DNA of 64,000 nucleotides, taken from an uncultured Desulfurococcaceae archaeon (GTDB taxonomy: Archaea > Thermoproteota > Thermoprotei_A > Sulfolobales > NBVN01). The stretch is taken from positions 12,400 through 76,399 of the forward strand of contig CAZQFL010000001.1 in the NCBI GenBank assembly GCA_964592745.1, in the 5' to 3' direction. Below the pieces are notes generated by a model. The model searched no databases. It was not told the DNA's origin and saw only the letters and a list, made by a program, of their open reading frames with translations. This document shows positions 37,757 through 47,244 of this stretch, one piece after another. Position 1 is the stretch's first letter, and each line of letters begins with the position of its first letter. Position numbers and translations under genes: made by a program.

Positions 37757-38824
37757 GTGAATCAGATTCTAACCTACGATGACATGGTTAATATAATTCA
37801 GGGTGCTGCTTTTCTCGGTGCCGGTGGCGGTGGTTCTATTGTTCAGGGTCTTGCCATTATTAATGAAATTAAGGATAAGGGTAAGAGTGTGAAGGTGGTG
37901 GATCCTAATTCTGTAGATGATGAGGCACTTGTTGTGGTTTCTGCTGGTATGGGTTCACCAGCTGCGGCTAAGTATGGTTGGAGAAATGAGCACTTACCTG
38001 CCTTTGATCTACTTGAGAAGTACTTAGGGAGGAAGATAGATTTTATAGTACCTATAGAGGTTGGTGCAGGCAATTTCGCCGTTCCAATGCATACGGCAGC
38101 TTTTAGGGATAGAGTCCTAATTGATGGTGATGGTGCAGGACGAGCCATACCTGAACTAGAACTAACTACTTTCGATATTTACGGGATCCCTATATCACCT
38201 ATGGCTATAAGCGACTGGCAAGGTAATGGAGCTATACTATTCGTTAAAACCGCAATGGATGCTGAGAGAATAGCTAGACAGATAACAGTGGCATTTCAAG
38301 GTAATGCAGGCATAGCACTATACCCCATGAAAGGTAAGGAATTGAAGAGAGTTGTTATACCGGGAACCATATCACTAGCTATGAAAATAGGCAAAATACT
38401 TAGGGAGGTTAAGGAGAGGAAACTAGATGTTGCTCAAACGTTAACTAAGGAATTAGAGGCATTTCTATTAGGTATAGGTGAAGTAGAGGAGAAGGTTATT
38501 GAAACAAAGCATGGATTCGATTATGGAAGAGTAAAGTTGAAAGTCAAAGAAGGAGATTTAATAGTATACTTCAAAAATGAAAACATAGTGGCTACACTAA
38601 ATGAGAAGGTCATAGCTATGGCGCCTGATCTTATCTGCTGGGTAGGATTAGATGGAACTCCACTAACTAATGCAGATATTGAGAAGGGAATGAAGGTTGC
38701 AGTGATAGGGCTTAAGGCCCATGAGAGATTAAGAAGTGAAAAAGCATTAAAAGCCTTCAGTCATCTTTATAAAGAACTTGGATTTGATATTAAATACAAA
38801 CCAATAGAAGAGCTAATTAAGTAA
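37757..38824 (+). CDS. DUF917 family protein
   Basis: GAAFLGAGGGGS near the N-terminus, then VVSAGMGSP and IDGDGAGRAIPE, as I recall for DUF917. Confidence 0.7.
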   Translation: MNQILTYDDMVNIIQGAAFLGAGGGGSIVQGLAIINEIKDKGKSVKVVDPNSVDDEALVVVSAGMGSPAAAKYGWRNEHLPAFDLLEKYLGRKIDFIVPIEVGAGNFAVPMHTAAFRDRVLIDGDGAGRAIPELELTTFDIYGIPISPMAISDWQGNGAILFVKTAMDAERIARQITVAFQGNAGIALYPMKGKELKRVVIPGTISLAMKIGKILREVKERKLDVAQTLTKELEAFLLGIGEVEEKVIETKHGFDYGRVKLKVKEGDLIVYFKNENIVATLNEKVIAMAPDLICWVGLDGTPLTNADIEKGMKVAVIGLKAHERLRSEKALKAFSHLYKELGFDIKYKPIEELIK

Positions 38825-38946
38825 TTCAAAAGCCTATTTTTACGAGAATAAACCTCCATATCTTCGTTAGGCTTCACATTAATTCTTATTTTTAATTACC
38901 ATGACTACTTATTAATCAGTTAGAACATGTTTAAGAAGGATTTAAC

Positions 38947-39888
38947 ATGTTTGCATTTGGTCCTGTACCGTCTCGAAGATTAGGTATGAGTTTAGGTGTT
39001 AATAACATACCTCCTAAAATATGTACCTATTCTTGCGTTTATTGTCAACTCGGTAGAACAATAAGATTAAGTATTGAGAGGAGAGCTTTTTACAATGTAG
39101 ATACAGTCATTAATGACGTTGCAAGAAGAGTTAAAGAAGTTAGAAATAGTGGTGGCATAATTAACTATATAACCATAGTACCTGATGGTGAACCGACACT
39201 AGATGTTAACCTAGGTAAGTTAATTAAAGGAATTAAAGATTTAGGTATACCTGTAGCTGTAATAACTAATGCATCACTTATGTGGAGGGATGATGTAAAG
39301 AATGACTTAATGTCTGCTGACTTAGTGTCTGTTAAAATAGATGCGGTAAGTGAGTCAATATGGAGGAAAGTGAACAGACCTCATAAAAGTTTAAATCTTG
39401 ACTCAATCCTTGAGGGTATAAGAGTATTTTCAAGGGAATTTAAGGGTAAGTTAATTTCCGAGACTATGCTCATAGATCATATAGATTATAATGAGGAATT
39501 AAATAAAATAGCGAAATACTTAAGTAGCTTAATTAACCTTAGTAAGGCTTACATAGCTGTACCTACAAGACCGCCTGCTGAGACATGGGTTAAGCCTGCT
39601 ACTGAAGACACACTAGTTAAGGCATATAGGGTATTCTCATCAATATTGGGGAGAGAGAAGGTCGAGTACTTAATTAGCTTTGAGGGAACGAATTTTGCAT
39701 TTATTAGAGGTGATGCTGAAGAATTGTTACGTATAGCTTCGGTACATCCGTTAAGAGAGGATATTATTGAGAAATTCCTTAAGAAATGGGGTAAGGATTG
39801 GAACTTTATATATGATTTAGTAAGGAAAGGACTGCTTAAGGAAGTCATTTACAGCGGTAAGAGATATTTCATTAGGAGGATAAGGTAG
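38947..39888 (+). CDS. radical SAM protein
   Basis: FGPVPSRRLGMSLGVNNIPPKICTYSCVYCQLG (Cx3Cx2C). Confidence 0.8.
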   Translation: MFAFGPVPSRRLGMSLGVNNIPPKICTYSCVYCQLGRTIRLSIERRAFYNVDTVINDVARRVKEVRNSGGIINYITIVPDGEPTLDVNLGKLIKGIKDLGIPVAVITNASLMWRDDVKNDLMSADLVSVKIDAVSESIWRKVNRPHKSLNLDSILEGIRVFSREFKGKLISETMLIDHIDYNEELNKIAKYLSSLINLSKAYIAVPTRPPAETWVKPATEDTLVKAYRVFSSILGREKVEYLISFEGTNFAFIRGDAEELLRIASVHPLREDIIEKFLKKWGKDWNFIYDLVRKGLLKEVIYSGKRYFIRRIR

Positions 39889-39934
39889 TCAATAGGCTTA
39901 GAATTTTATCCTGTCCAATACACTATATACTTTG

Positions 39935-39993
39935 GTGTTGATGAATCCGGCAGGAACTGATAAGTGATGATTAAATCACCCCGGTACTGAGCT
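39935..39993 (+). ncRNA. C/D box sRNA candidate with long D-guide spacer
   Basis: C TTGATGA (39938-39944), 12-nt guide ATCCGGCAGGAA, D' CTGA (39957-39960), loop taa, C' GTGATGA (39964-39970), 16 nt, D CTGA (39987-39990). Intergenic. Confidence 0.55.
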
Positions 39994-40042
39994 CTTATTC
40001 AATGTTTAGAGTAAAGTAAATTAGGTCAATTAGTCTAATAGC

Positions 40043-40534
40043 TTGGGTATTTTTGTGTCACATCCTGAGCGTGGCATAATTGAGGAAGCTATTGTTAAGG
40101 GCTTGGTAAAGTATGGTAGGTACTTAATAATTATTGTGGAGGCAGTTATTATAGCATCAGTTTCAGCACTTATAGCACTGACTACTTACTACTTGGTAAG
40201 GGATATAATGATTGTAGCTAAGGGTGCAGCAACAATTGTGGAATTGCAGTTGATAATGAATGATATATTCCTGCTGATAGTATATGTAGAGTTAGTTAGG
40301 AGTATAGTTGTCGCATATAGAAGACCTGAAATGTATTTAGTAAGTATTGCCGAAGTAGGTTTTGTCATAAGTGTTAGAGAGATACTAGCATCAGTTGTTG
40401 CCAAGACCACATTTGACCTACTCATGGCATCTGTATCTAGTGCTGTCTTAGCATTAGTTCTTTGGATACTATACAAGAAGGTACTACCTCATAAGAGACC
40501 TACAAAAAAGCCCGAAGCAATGAAGAATAAGTAA
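40043..40534 (+). CDS. membrane protein (about 4 TM, possibly PsiE-like)
   Basis: 163 aa, hydrophobic helices. TTG start. Confidence 0.55.
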   Translation: MGIFVSHPERGIIEEAIVKGLVKYGRYLIIIVEAVIIASVSALIALTTYYLVRDIMIVAKGAATIVELQLIMNDIFLLIVYVELVRSIVVAYRRPEMYLVSIAEVGFVISVREILASVVAKTTFDLLMASVSSAVLALVLWILYKKVLPHKRPTKKPEAMKNK

Positions 40535-40580
40535 CAAGATAAGTGTATTTTATGGTATGATTTTAAGTTAAATTAATGTC

Positions 40581-41186
40581 TTAACGTAATTTCTCACTTG
40601 ATCCCCTTAATTCATTAAGTTTATCCATGACCTTCTCCTCAACAACTCTTTGAACTAAATACTCCTTATCAAGTCTGTCTCTCCATACTATGTAGAGCCA
40701 CATAGCTTTATCACGATCTTCAGTTGATCCCCAAAATTTCAATCCTGAGAGATACGTAACCATGAGTTCTTCAGGTGGTTCTAGATATGCATAGTAATAA
40801 TCAATGATTATCTTTATGGGTTTAGCTTTTCGTGTGTAGCTATTAGAGACTATGTCTATAGATTTAACGTCAAGTGACTCATACTTTGGTAGATATCCCC
40901 TACCTATCTTCTCAGAAAACTTCGACAGCAGCCCTTCAATCACTTTTGCAGCCAAACTGCCATCAACTATTATATCAGCATCCATAGTACGATAGTTCCT
41001 ACTAGTATAGATCTTAACAGCAAAACCTCCTGTAATTATGATCCTATCTAAGTTTAATTACTCAAATTTCTTTATTAAGTCATGCAATAAATAAGTGATA
41101 CCTTTTAGTACCATTGACTTCGGCTTTGAGTCTTGAAGAATTGAAGTAATGAGTTCCCTATGTAATAATTCAATAATTGCTCCCAT
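40581..41186 (-). pseudogene. nucleotidyltransferase-like (AbiEii/MNT-superfamily-like) gene with one in-frame TAA
   Basis: The minus frame is open from ATG 41186..41184: MGAIIELLHRELITSILQDSKPKSMVLKGITYLLHDLIKKFE-TAA(41060..41058)-LNLDRIIITGGFAVKIYTSRNYRTMDADIIVDG.... The ORF track shows only the last 134 aa. Confidence 0.5.
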
Positions 41187-41498
41187 CTTATCCTCACTAC
41201 TCTTTCCCTGAAAACATTCCTTGACTAACTAATCACCTCAATATACTGATTAAGAGATCTCATAGCTAATATTGCGAGTTTTAAAGTACTAGAGATGTCA
41301 CGATGACCATAAGGTCTTCCTACTTCGTACTAAAAGCTATCTCCATAGTATTTCTTCTCCCCATGTTAATTAATCCCTTCAGATCATCATACTTTAATGT
41401 CAGCTTCATCTTCACATTATGGGGGCATTAACGTTATTAATACTTACTTACGTACAATGATAGTCTTAAATACCTCCTTAAGCATTAATAATATTGAC

Positions 41499-42185
41499 AT
41501 GAGAATAGAAACTTTTGAAATTAAGAAGTATGTCTTAGGACCCCTGAACACCAATTCATACTTAGTTATTGATCGTGCAGGTAATGCATTACTAGTTGAT
41601 GCCCCACCCGGTATCTTAACTATAATGCTCTACTTACTTGATAGAAATATAGTGAAGTTAACACACATATTAATAACGCATGTTCACTTTGATCACGCAG
41701 CAGAGGCTGAACCTCTAAGGGAGGTAAGTGGTGCTAAGTTAATCATGCATAGAGATGAGTTTTTAATTCTTGAGGAGTCCGGAAGATGGGCTCGTGCCTA
41801 CGGTATTAGGTGGTTTAAACCAGATCCTGATAAGTTATTGACTGAAGATACGGAAATAGACCTTGGGTGGGTAAAGGTTCAAGCAATACATACGCCAGGA
41901 CATAGTCCAGGCTCAACATGTTACTATATCAAGGAGTTAAATACGATATTTACGGGTGACTTAATATTTAAGGGCACTGTTGGAAGGACAGATCTTCCCG
42001 GAGGTTCTAGTAGGGAAATGATTAAGTCATTAAAAAAGATAATTTTATTAATTCCAAGTGAAACGAGGATTTTACCTGGACATGGTGATGAAACAACCTT
42101 GAGTGATGAGTTAAAACATAATCCCTATGTAAGAGCTATCGCTTCAGGACCTAAGAGGAACTGGAAAGGTACCTTGTCAATTTAA
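41499..42185 (+). CDS. MBL-fold metallo-hydrolase (glyoxalase II-like)
   Basis: HVHFDH, HTPGHSPG, PGHG motifs. Start moved to MRIETFEIKKY. Confidence 0.85.
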   Translation: MRIETFEIKKYVLGPLNTNSYLVIDRAGNALLVDAPPGILTIMLYLLDRNIVKLTHILITHVHFDHAAEAEPLREVSGAKLIMHRDEFLILEESGRWARAYGIRWFKPDPDKLLTEDTEIDLGWVKVQAIHTPGHSPGSTCYYIKELNTIFTGDLIFKGTVGRTDLPGGSSREMIKSLKKIILLIPSETRILPGHGDETTLSDELKHNPYVRAIASGPKRNWKGTLSI

Positions 42186-42275
42186 GAAAGTAAACCATTC
42201 AAGTAGGGTAATGATTAAGACATAGGGAGTATAACTCTTTAGTTCTAGTTGATAACATCATTCTAGGGTGGGGAA

Positions 42276-44327
42276 ATGAGTAGATACTATGGAAGAGTTC
42301 TTGCACTATTGATGGTATCTATAATAATTACTTCCCTATCAATCATACCTACATTAGCCACTGAAGTGCATACTTATAAGTTCATGAAGTTTGTTAGGCT
42401 TAAGGTACCTGCTGTTTACATAAGTGAAGAGGGAATTATGTATGGAGTCTCAACAGAGTTTGTAATCGGTATTGGATGGCCTGGTGAAGGAACCACTTAC
42501 TTCTCAGCTGAACCGCTAACTCAAATTGACATGCAGGCAGCAAGTAGAATTGCTGTAATGATTGCTAGTACCTATGCTGGTGTACCCTTAAACACTTACG
42601 ACTATTTCATAAAGGTTAAATCTAAGTCCGAAGTAGTTGGTGGACCTAGTGGTAGTGGAATTACTGCAACAGCCTTTCTAGCATTACTAACTAATACTGA
42701 AATACTATCCAACGTATCAATGACGGGAATGATAGAGCCTGATGGAACCATCGGACCTGTTGGAGGTATTACTGAAAAATTGAGAGCTATGGCCAGAGAA
42801 GGTATTAAAGTATTCCTAATACCGAAAGGACAGTCAATAGTTAAGGAATTTAAGAAATATGTAGAAAATAAGACTGTAGGCAACACCATAATAATCACTG
42901 AAAGGATAATACCAGTAAAGGTTAATGTGACGGAGTTAGGACGTAAACTCGGTGTTAAAGTAATTGAGGTAGGTAACATTGTTGAGGCTTACAAGTACTT
43001 AACAGGTAAAGAGTTAAAATTACCTAGGTACATATATACATACCCTCCATGGCTTATTAAATGGTTAAGTAATTTAATCAATGAGACTTTAAGTATAGTT
43101 AAACGTAACCTAACAAATATCAGGAATGTACTTTCTGATCAAGCTCCAGAGCTACTTAAAGAAATAGAGAGTCATGTAACTAATGCTAAAAAGTTAATTG
43201 GGGAAAAAGATTACTATAGTGCTGCCTCTGAAGCATTCATATCAGCTATACTAACATCGTATGCTTCATCATTTGTGAAAGCATTAAGTGGTGGTAGCTT
43301 AAATAAGGTCATAGAAATTTTAAGAAGTGAAGTTAATAGGTATGTAGAACTTGCTAAAAAAGTGCTTGATGAATATAATGAACTATTCCTTAAGCTCTAT
43401 GAGCATGATTTAACAGACACTAAACTCCAATTAGCTATTGCTGCATATATAAGGTATAGAGAAGCAAATAAAACACTGACTACTATAAGGAATTATTCAT
43501 TTTACCCCCTATCTGTAGGCAAAGATGCATTATATATGGCAATATATGCTTATTGGAGAGCTAAATCAGCTATAAACTTCCTAAAGTTAGCATTGAACGT
43601 TAATGAAGGAAAGGAATTAAATAGAGAGGTGCTAGTAAAAGGCATAAATACATTGCTTCACTTCACCATGAGTGTTAAGGCTTACCTTGAAAGTTTAGGT
43701 GGTGAAACTTACCCAATTGATTATAAAGAGATTACTACGTTGTTAGATGAGGGTAAAGTAATTGAAGCTTCATCACTCGTCATCGAAGTGCTAGCTAATA
43801 ATGTAGCTTTAATGCATGCATACTTCAATACTCAGGAGAAGTTAGCACCGTATGCTGAAGAGGGAGCTAAGATATTAGCTGGTAGAGCTCAAGAGTTAGG
43901 GTTGACGCCTATATTACCAATAATGTACATTGAGAGAGCTGAAACTGTTAATGACTCAATAGCTAGGATAATACTTTACGAATCCTCATCAGCTTACTCA
44001 CTACTTCTAATGAACTCCATATCAAGAACTTATAATCCAGGAATTACCGTTAATCCCTTAACAAAAACCATAACTAAGACTAAGACCGTAACTTTACCTC
44101 CAATAACAAGTACTGAAACAATAATTAGGACAAAAATAGAGACAACCACATATACAAAGCCTGGTCTAACAATAACAAAGACATATACCGAAACAAGAAC
44201 TATTAGTGTGGCACCATCACTAGTGAAGCAATTAGTAGGTACAGGAGTAATTGCTATACTCTTCATAATTTTCGCAGCAGGCCTAGCTATAGGTGCTTTA
44301 ATAGGTTATAGTGTGTCGAAGAAATAG
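42276..44327 (+). CDS. surface-anchored Lon-like (S16) serine protease domain protein
   Basis: Signal anchor. Ser-Lys dyad context GGPSGSGITATAFLALL ... GPVGGITEKLRAMAREGIKVFLIPKGQ. Long helical middle domain, Thr-rich stalk and C-terminal TM. Confidence 0.7.
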   Translation: MSRYYGRVLALLMVSIIITSLSIIPTLATEVHTYKFMKFVRLKVPAVYISEEGIMYGVSTEFVIGIGWPGEGTTYFSAEPLTQIDMQAASRIAVMIASTYAGVPLNTYDYFIKVKSKSEVVGGPSGSGITATAFLALLTNTEILSNVSMTGMIEPDGTIGPVGGITEKLRAMAREGIKVFLIPKGQSIVKEFKKYVENKTVGNTIIITERIIPVKVNVTELGRKLGVKVIEVGNIVEAYKYLTGKELKLPRYIYTYPPWLIKWLSNLINETLSIVKRNLTNIRNVLSDQAPELLKEIESHVTNAKKLIGEKDYYSAASEAFISAILTSYASSFVKALSGGSLNKVIEILRSEVNRYVELAKKVLDEYNELFLKLYEHDLTDTKLQLAIAAYIRYREANKTLTTIRNYSFYPLSVGKDALYMAIYAYWRAKSAINFLKLALNVNEGKELNREVLVKGINTLLHFTMSVKAYLESLGGETYPIDYKEITTLLDEGKVIEASSLVIEVLANNVALMHAYFNTQEKLAPYAEEGAKILAGRAQELGLTPILPIMYIERAETVNDSIARIILYESSSAYSLLLMNSISRTYNPGITVNPLTKTITKTKTVTLPPITSTETIIRTKIETTTYTKPGLTITKTYTETRTISVAPSLVKQLVGTGVIAILFIIFAAGLAIGALIGYSVSKK

Positions 44328-44454
44328 TTACCTCTAAGGTGAAGCGCCGTAATACCTGATTGGTTTTAATTCTACCTACCTACAAGACCCCTCTTTTATA
44401 AGGTAATGCATACCCATATACTAATGGGTAGGAGTCATAGTCAACGCACTCGAG

Positions 44455-45624
44455 TTGCTACTTGAAGTCGCAAGTAAGCATAGGAATGATATTATTAAGA
44501 AGATAGTTATTGTGAGGGAAAGGTATCTTGAGAATGCTGTGAAGGAGGTATGGGTAAGCACTAACATTGAAGGCAGAATGCCTCGGTCTATTGCTGGAAT
44601 TGACGGTAGTAGTGTTAAGGTTGATTTTCAAGGCTTCACACTCTATGGTATCGATGCTATAGCTATACTGTATAATGACGTTAAAGGTTTAAAGTACAGT
44701 AATTCCAAAGCCTACGCAATAGCAGACTTGGATGTCTTAATACCTCCAAGAGCTAAGGAACGTATAGACATGTATAGGGAAATTATCGAGGCAAAAACCG
44801 CTCTTATAACCATATTAGAGAATGACGTTGAAGTATTACTCATGGATGGTTCATTAAAATCCGTACTAATAACACCCTCCATAGAACCTATAGTCGTAGC
44901 TATGAATAAGGTGTCAGCAACATTTGGTGACCAAATATATTTAAAGCTTTACAACATGTTAAGTGAAAGTTTAAGGAATTATAATGAATTAAGAGAGCGC
45001 CCATTAGTAAGTAAGCTATTAGCCATGGATGAAGGTGGAATATTGACTGAAGAGGACTACTTAGCTACGGCTTTCCTTGAATATATAGAAAAGCTTGAGT
45101 CATACCGTAGACTACTACTTAAATGCTTCGAGAAAGGCACCTTACTAGCCTTCGTCTCAAAAACGGGAAGATCTCAAGCATATTTTGCCGACATAAGCAA
45201 GAAGTTACGTAGATACATACCAGCAGATATAATGGTATTTCAGAATCTTACATCAAGTTCCGGTTACTCAAAGCCTAAAGTAGATGATAAACCTTTGAAG
45301 GGGATGCCCAATATATTATCGTTAAGGGAGTTTTATGATAAGTTAAGAATAGCGGTTACCTACATCAGATTAGACGACGGAGGTCCTATACTCAAACTAG
45401 AGATACCATACGTGGGTAACGTGAGTACATTAACCATTGAAGAAGACATATTAAGGTTACTTAGCTACTTGAAGAATATATCACCTCAAGGCTATCCTTA
45501 CGTCTTATTAGAGGCCCATGAATTGTCACGTATTAGTAAAGATACCATTAATAGTATAATCTATTCTCTAGACTTAATACCGCAAAGAACTGGCAGGGAG
45601 GTGATTGAAGGTTGGATGATATAA
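44455..45624 (+). CDS. nurA: NurA 5'-3' nuclease
   Basis: IAGIDGSS catalytic Asp motif, size, and coupling to herA. Confidence 0.8.
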   Translation: MLLEVASKHRNDIIKKIVIVRERYLENAVKEVWVSTNIEGRMPRSIAGIDGSSVKVDFQGFTLYGIDAIAILYNDVKGLKYSNSKAYAIADLDVLIPPRAKERIDMYREIIEAKTALITILENDVEVLLMDGSLKSVLITPSIEPIVVAMNKVSATFGDQIYLKLYNMLSESLRNYNELRERPLVSKLLAMDEGGILTEEDYLATAFLEYIEKLESYRRLLLKCFEKGTLLAFVSKTGRSQAYFADISKKLRRYIPADIMVFQNLTSSSGYSKPKVDDKPLKGMPNILSLREFYDKLRIAVTYIRLDDGGPILKLEIPYVGNVSTLTIEEDILRLLSYLKNISPQGYPYVLLEAHELSRISKDTINSIIYSLDLIPQRTGREVIEGWMI

Positions 45625-47186
45625 GTAATTATGATTTAAGGTTATTAGGTAGGGTTATTGGTGAAACATCACATACCGTGGTTCTCTTTACAGCTAATAG
45701 ACCGCCAAGAGTAGGTGAATACGTACTTATCGAGTATGATAATGAGGACTTTGCGCTTGGTATAGTCGAGATGTCAAGAATAGGCAACCCCTTACTCACG
45801 AATAGGATGTTAAGACCTGAAGTTATTAGTAGAGCTGAGAGTTTTGGTGTAGAAAAACATGAATACATGATAGGTCAAGCAAGATTACTCTCTTGGCTCA
45901 ACACATTAATACGTGAAAGGAAAGTCGAGGCACCAAGATACCCGCCAAAACCTATGGCTAGAGTCTTTGAAGCATCAGGTAAGATCCTTAGAAAGATATT
46001 CTCATTAAATAATGATGGCGCCTGGATTAGGCTGGGAGTATTAGCTAATCATCCCGACGTACCTTTCTACGTTAATATAAACACAATAATTAGTAGACAT
46101 TTGGCTATATTAGCGATAACAGGTGCTGGTAAGAGCAATACCGTAGCTATACTCACGAGGAGGATAGTCGATGAACTTGGTGGTACAGTACTGATAATAG
46201 ATATGCATTCAGAATATGAAGGTGTTGCCGATAATGTAAATATAGTTAAGCCCAAGATAAATCCATCAAAATTGACTCTCTATGAATACTATCGTCTCCT
46301 AAACCTTGAGCCCAAAGCTAGTAAGCAACGATTATACTTTAGGAGAGCATACACATTCGCTAAGTATGTAACCTTGAAGAGACCCGAGGAATTTTTTGAT
46401 GTATTAATTAGTGAACTGGAATTTTACGTTGATAAGGGTAAGTATAGGGAGATAAGGAATGGTAAGATCGTAAGTATTGAATTTAGTTCTAGAGATAGAT
46501 CTCCAGTCATTGACCTACTAAATAAGCTCTATGATTTAAGGGATAGATATTGGGGTACGATATTAACACCTACAGCACCTATGGAACTTACGTCAGTAAT
46601 TAAACCTGGATATGCTAATGTAGTTCAACTAGGTAGTTTCGATGAGGAAGTAGCTGATGTCATAACCTCACATTACTTACGTAGAGTACTCGATGAGAGA
46701 AAGAGATTCAGGATTAGCGGAGGTAGTGAGGGCTACCCAGTAGCCCTTCTCACAGTTATTGAGGAAGCACACATTTTAGTACCTAAAGATAGGTCAACAT
46801 TAACTAAGGAGGTAGCCTCGAGAATAGCTAGGGAAGGTAGAAAGTTCGGTGTGGGTTTATGCTTAGTTAGTCAGAGACCTAAGAACGTTGACGATAATGC
46901 ACTCTCACAAACGAATAATAAGATAATACTAAGGTTAGTTGAGCCTAGCGATCAAAGATACGTGCAGGCCGCTAGTGAAACACTATCCGATGAGCTTTTA
47001 GGGCTCTTGCCATCTTTAAACGTAGGTGAAGCAGTAGTTCTAGGTCTCATGACCCCGCTACCAGCTGTTGTTAAAATTGATAGAGCTAAAGGGAAAATCG
47101 AAGGAGGTGATGTTAAAGCATTAGAGGAGTGGAGAAGGTGGCGTAATAGAAATGATAGAGATCTATATGACGATTTAGGTATATAA
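45612..47186 (+). CDS. herA: HerA hexameric DNA helicase/translocase
   Basis: Walker A AITGAGKSNT, Walker B VIEEAH, arginine-finger region SQRP. Overlaps nurA by 13 nt. Confidence 0.9.
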   Translation: MDDISNYDLRLLGRVIGETSHTVVLFTANRPPRVGEYVLIEYDNEDFALGIVEMSRIGNPLLTNRMLRPEVISRAESFGVEKHEYMIGQARLLSWLNTLIRERKVEAPRYPPKPMARVFEASGKILRKIFSLNNDGAWIRLGVLANHPDVPFYVNINTIISRHLAILAITGAGKSNTVAILTRRIVDELGGTVLIIDMHSEYEGVADNVNIVKPKINPSKLTLYEYYRLLNLEPKASKQRLYFRRAYTFAKYVTLKRPEEFFDVLISELEFYVDKGKYREIRNGKIVSIEFSSRDRSPVIDLLNKLYDLRDRYWGTILTPTAPMELTSVIKPGYANVVQLGSFDEEVADVITSHYLRRVLDERKRFRISGGSEGYPVALLTVIEEAHILVPKDRSTLTKEVASRIAREGRKFGVGLCLVSQRPKNVDDNALSQTNNKIILRLVEPSDQRYVQAASETLSDELLGLLPSLNVGEAVVLGLMTPLPAVVKIDRAKGKIEGGDVKALEEWRRWRNRNDRDLYDDLGI

Positions 47187-47244
47187 CTAGGTAAATACCG
47201 ACCTTTAGTTAGTACCATCGTAGTTTAAAATAATTGTATTAACC

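Noticed and set aside
41397-41498. 34-codon N-terminal extension of the MBL hydrolase ORF.
   Set aside because: MBL-fold homology starts at MRIETFEIKKY. The extension is low-complexity and overlaps the neighbouring remnant region.
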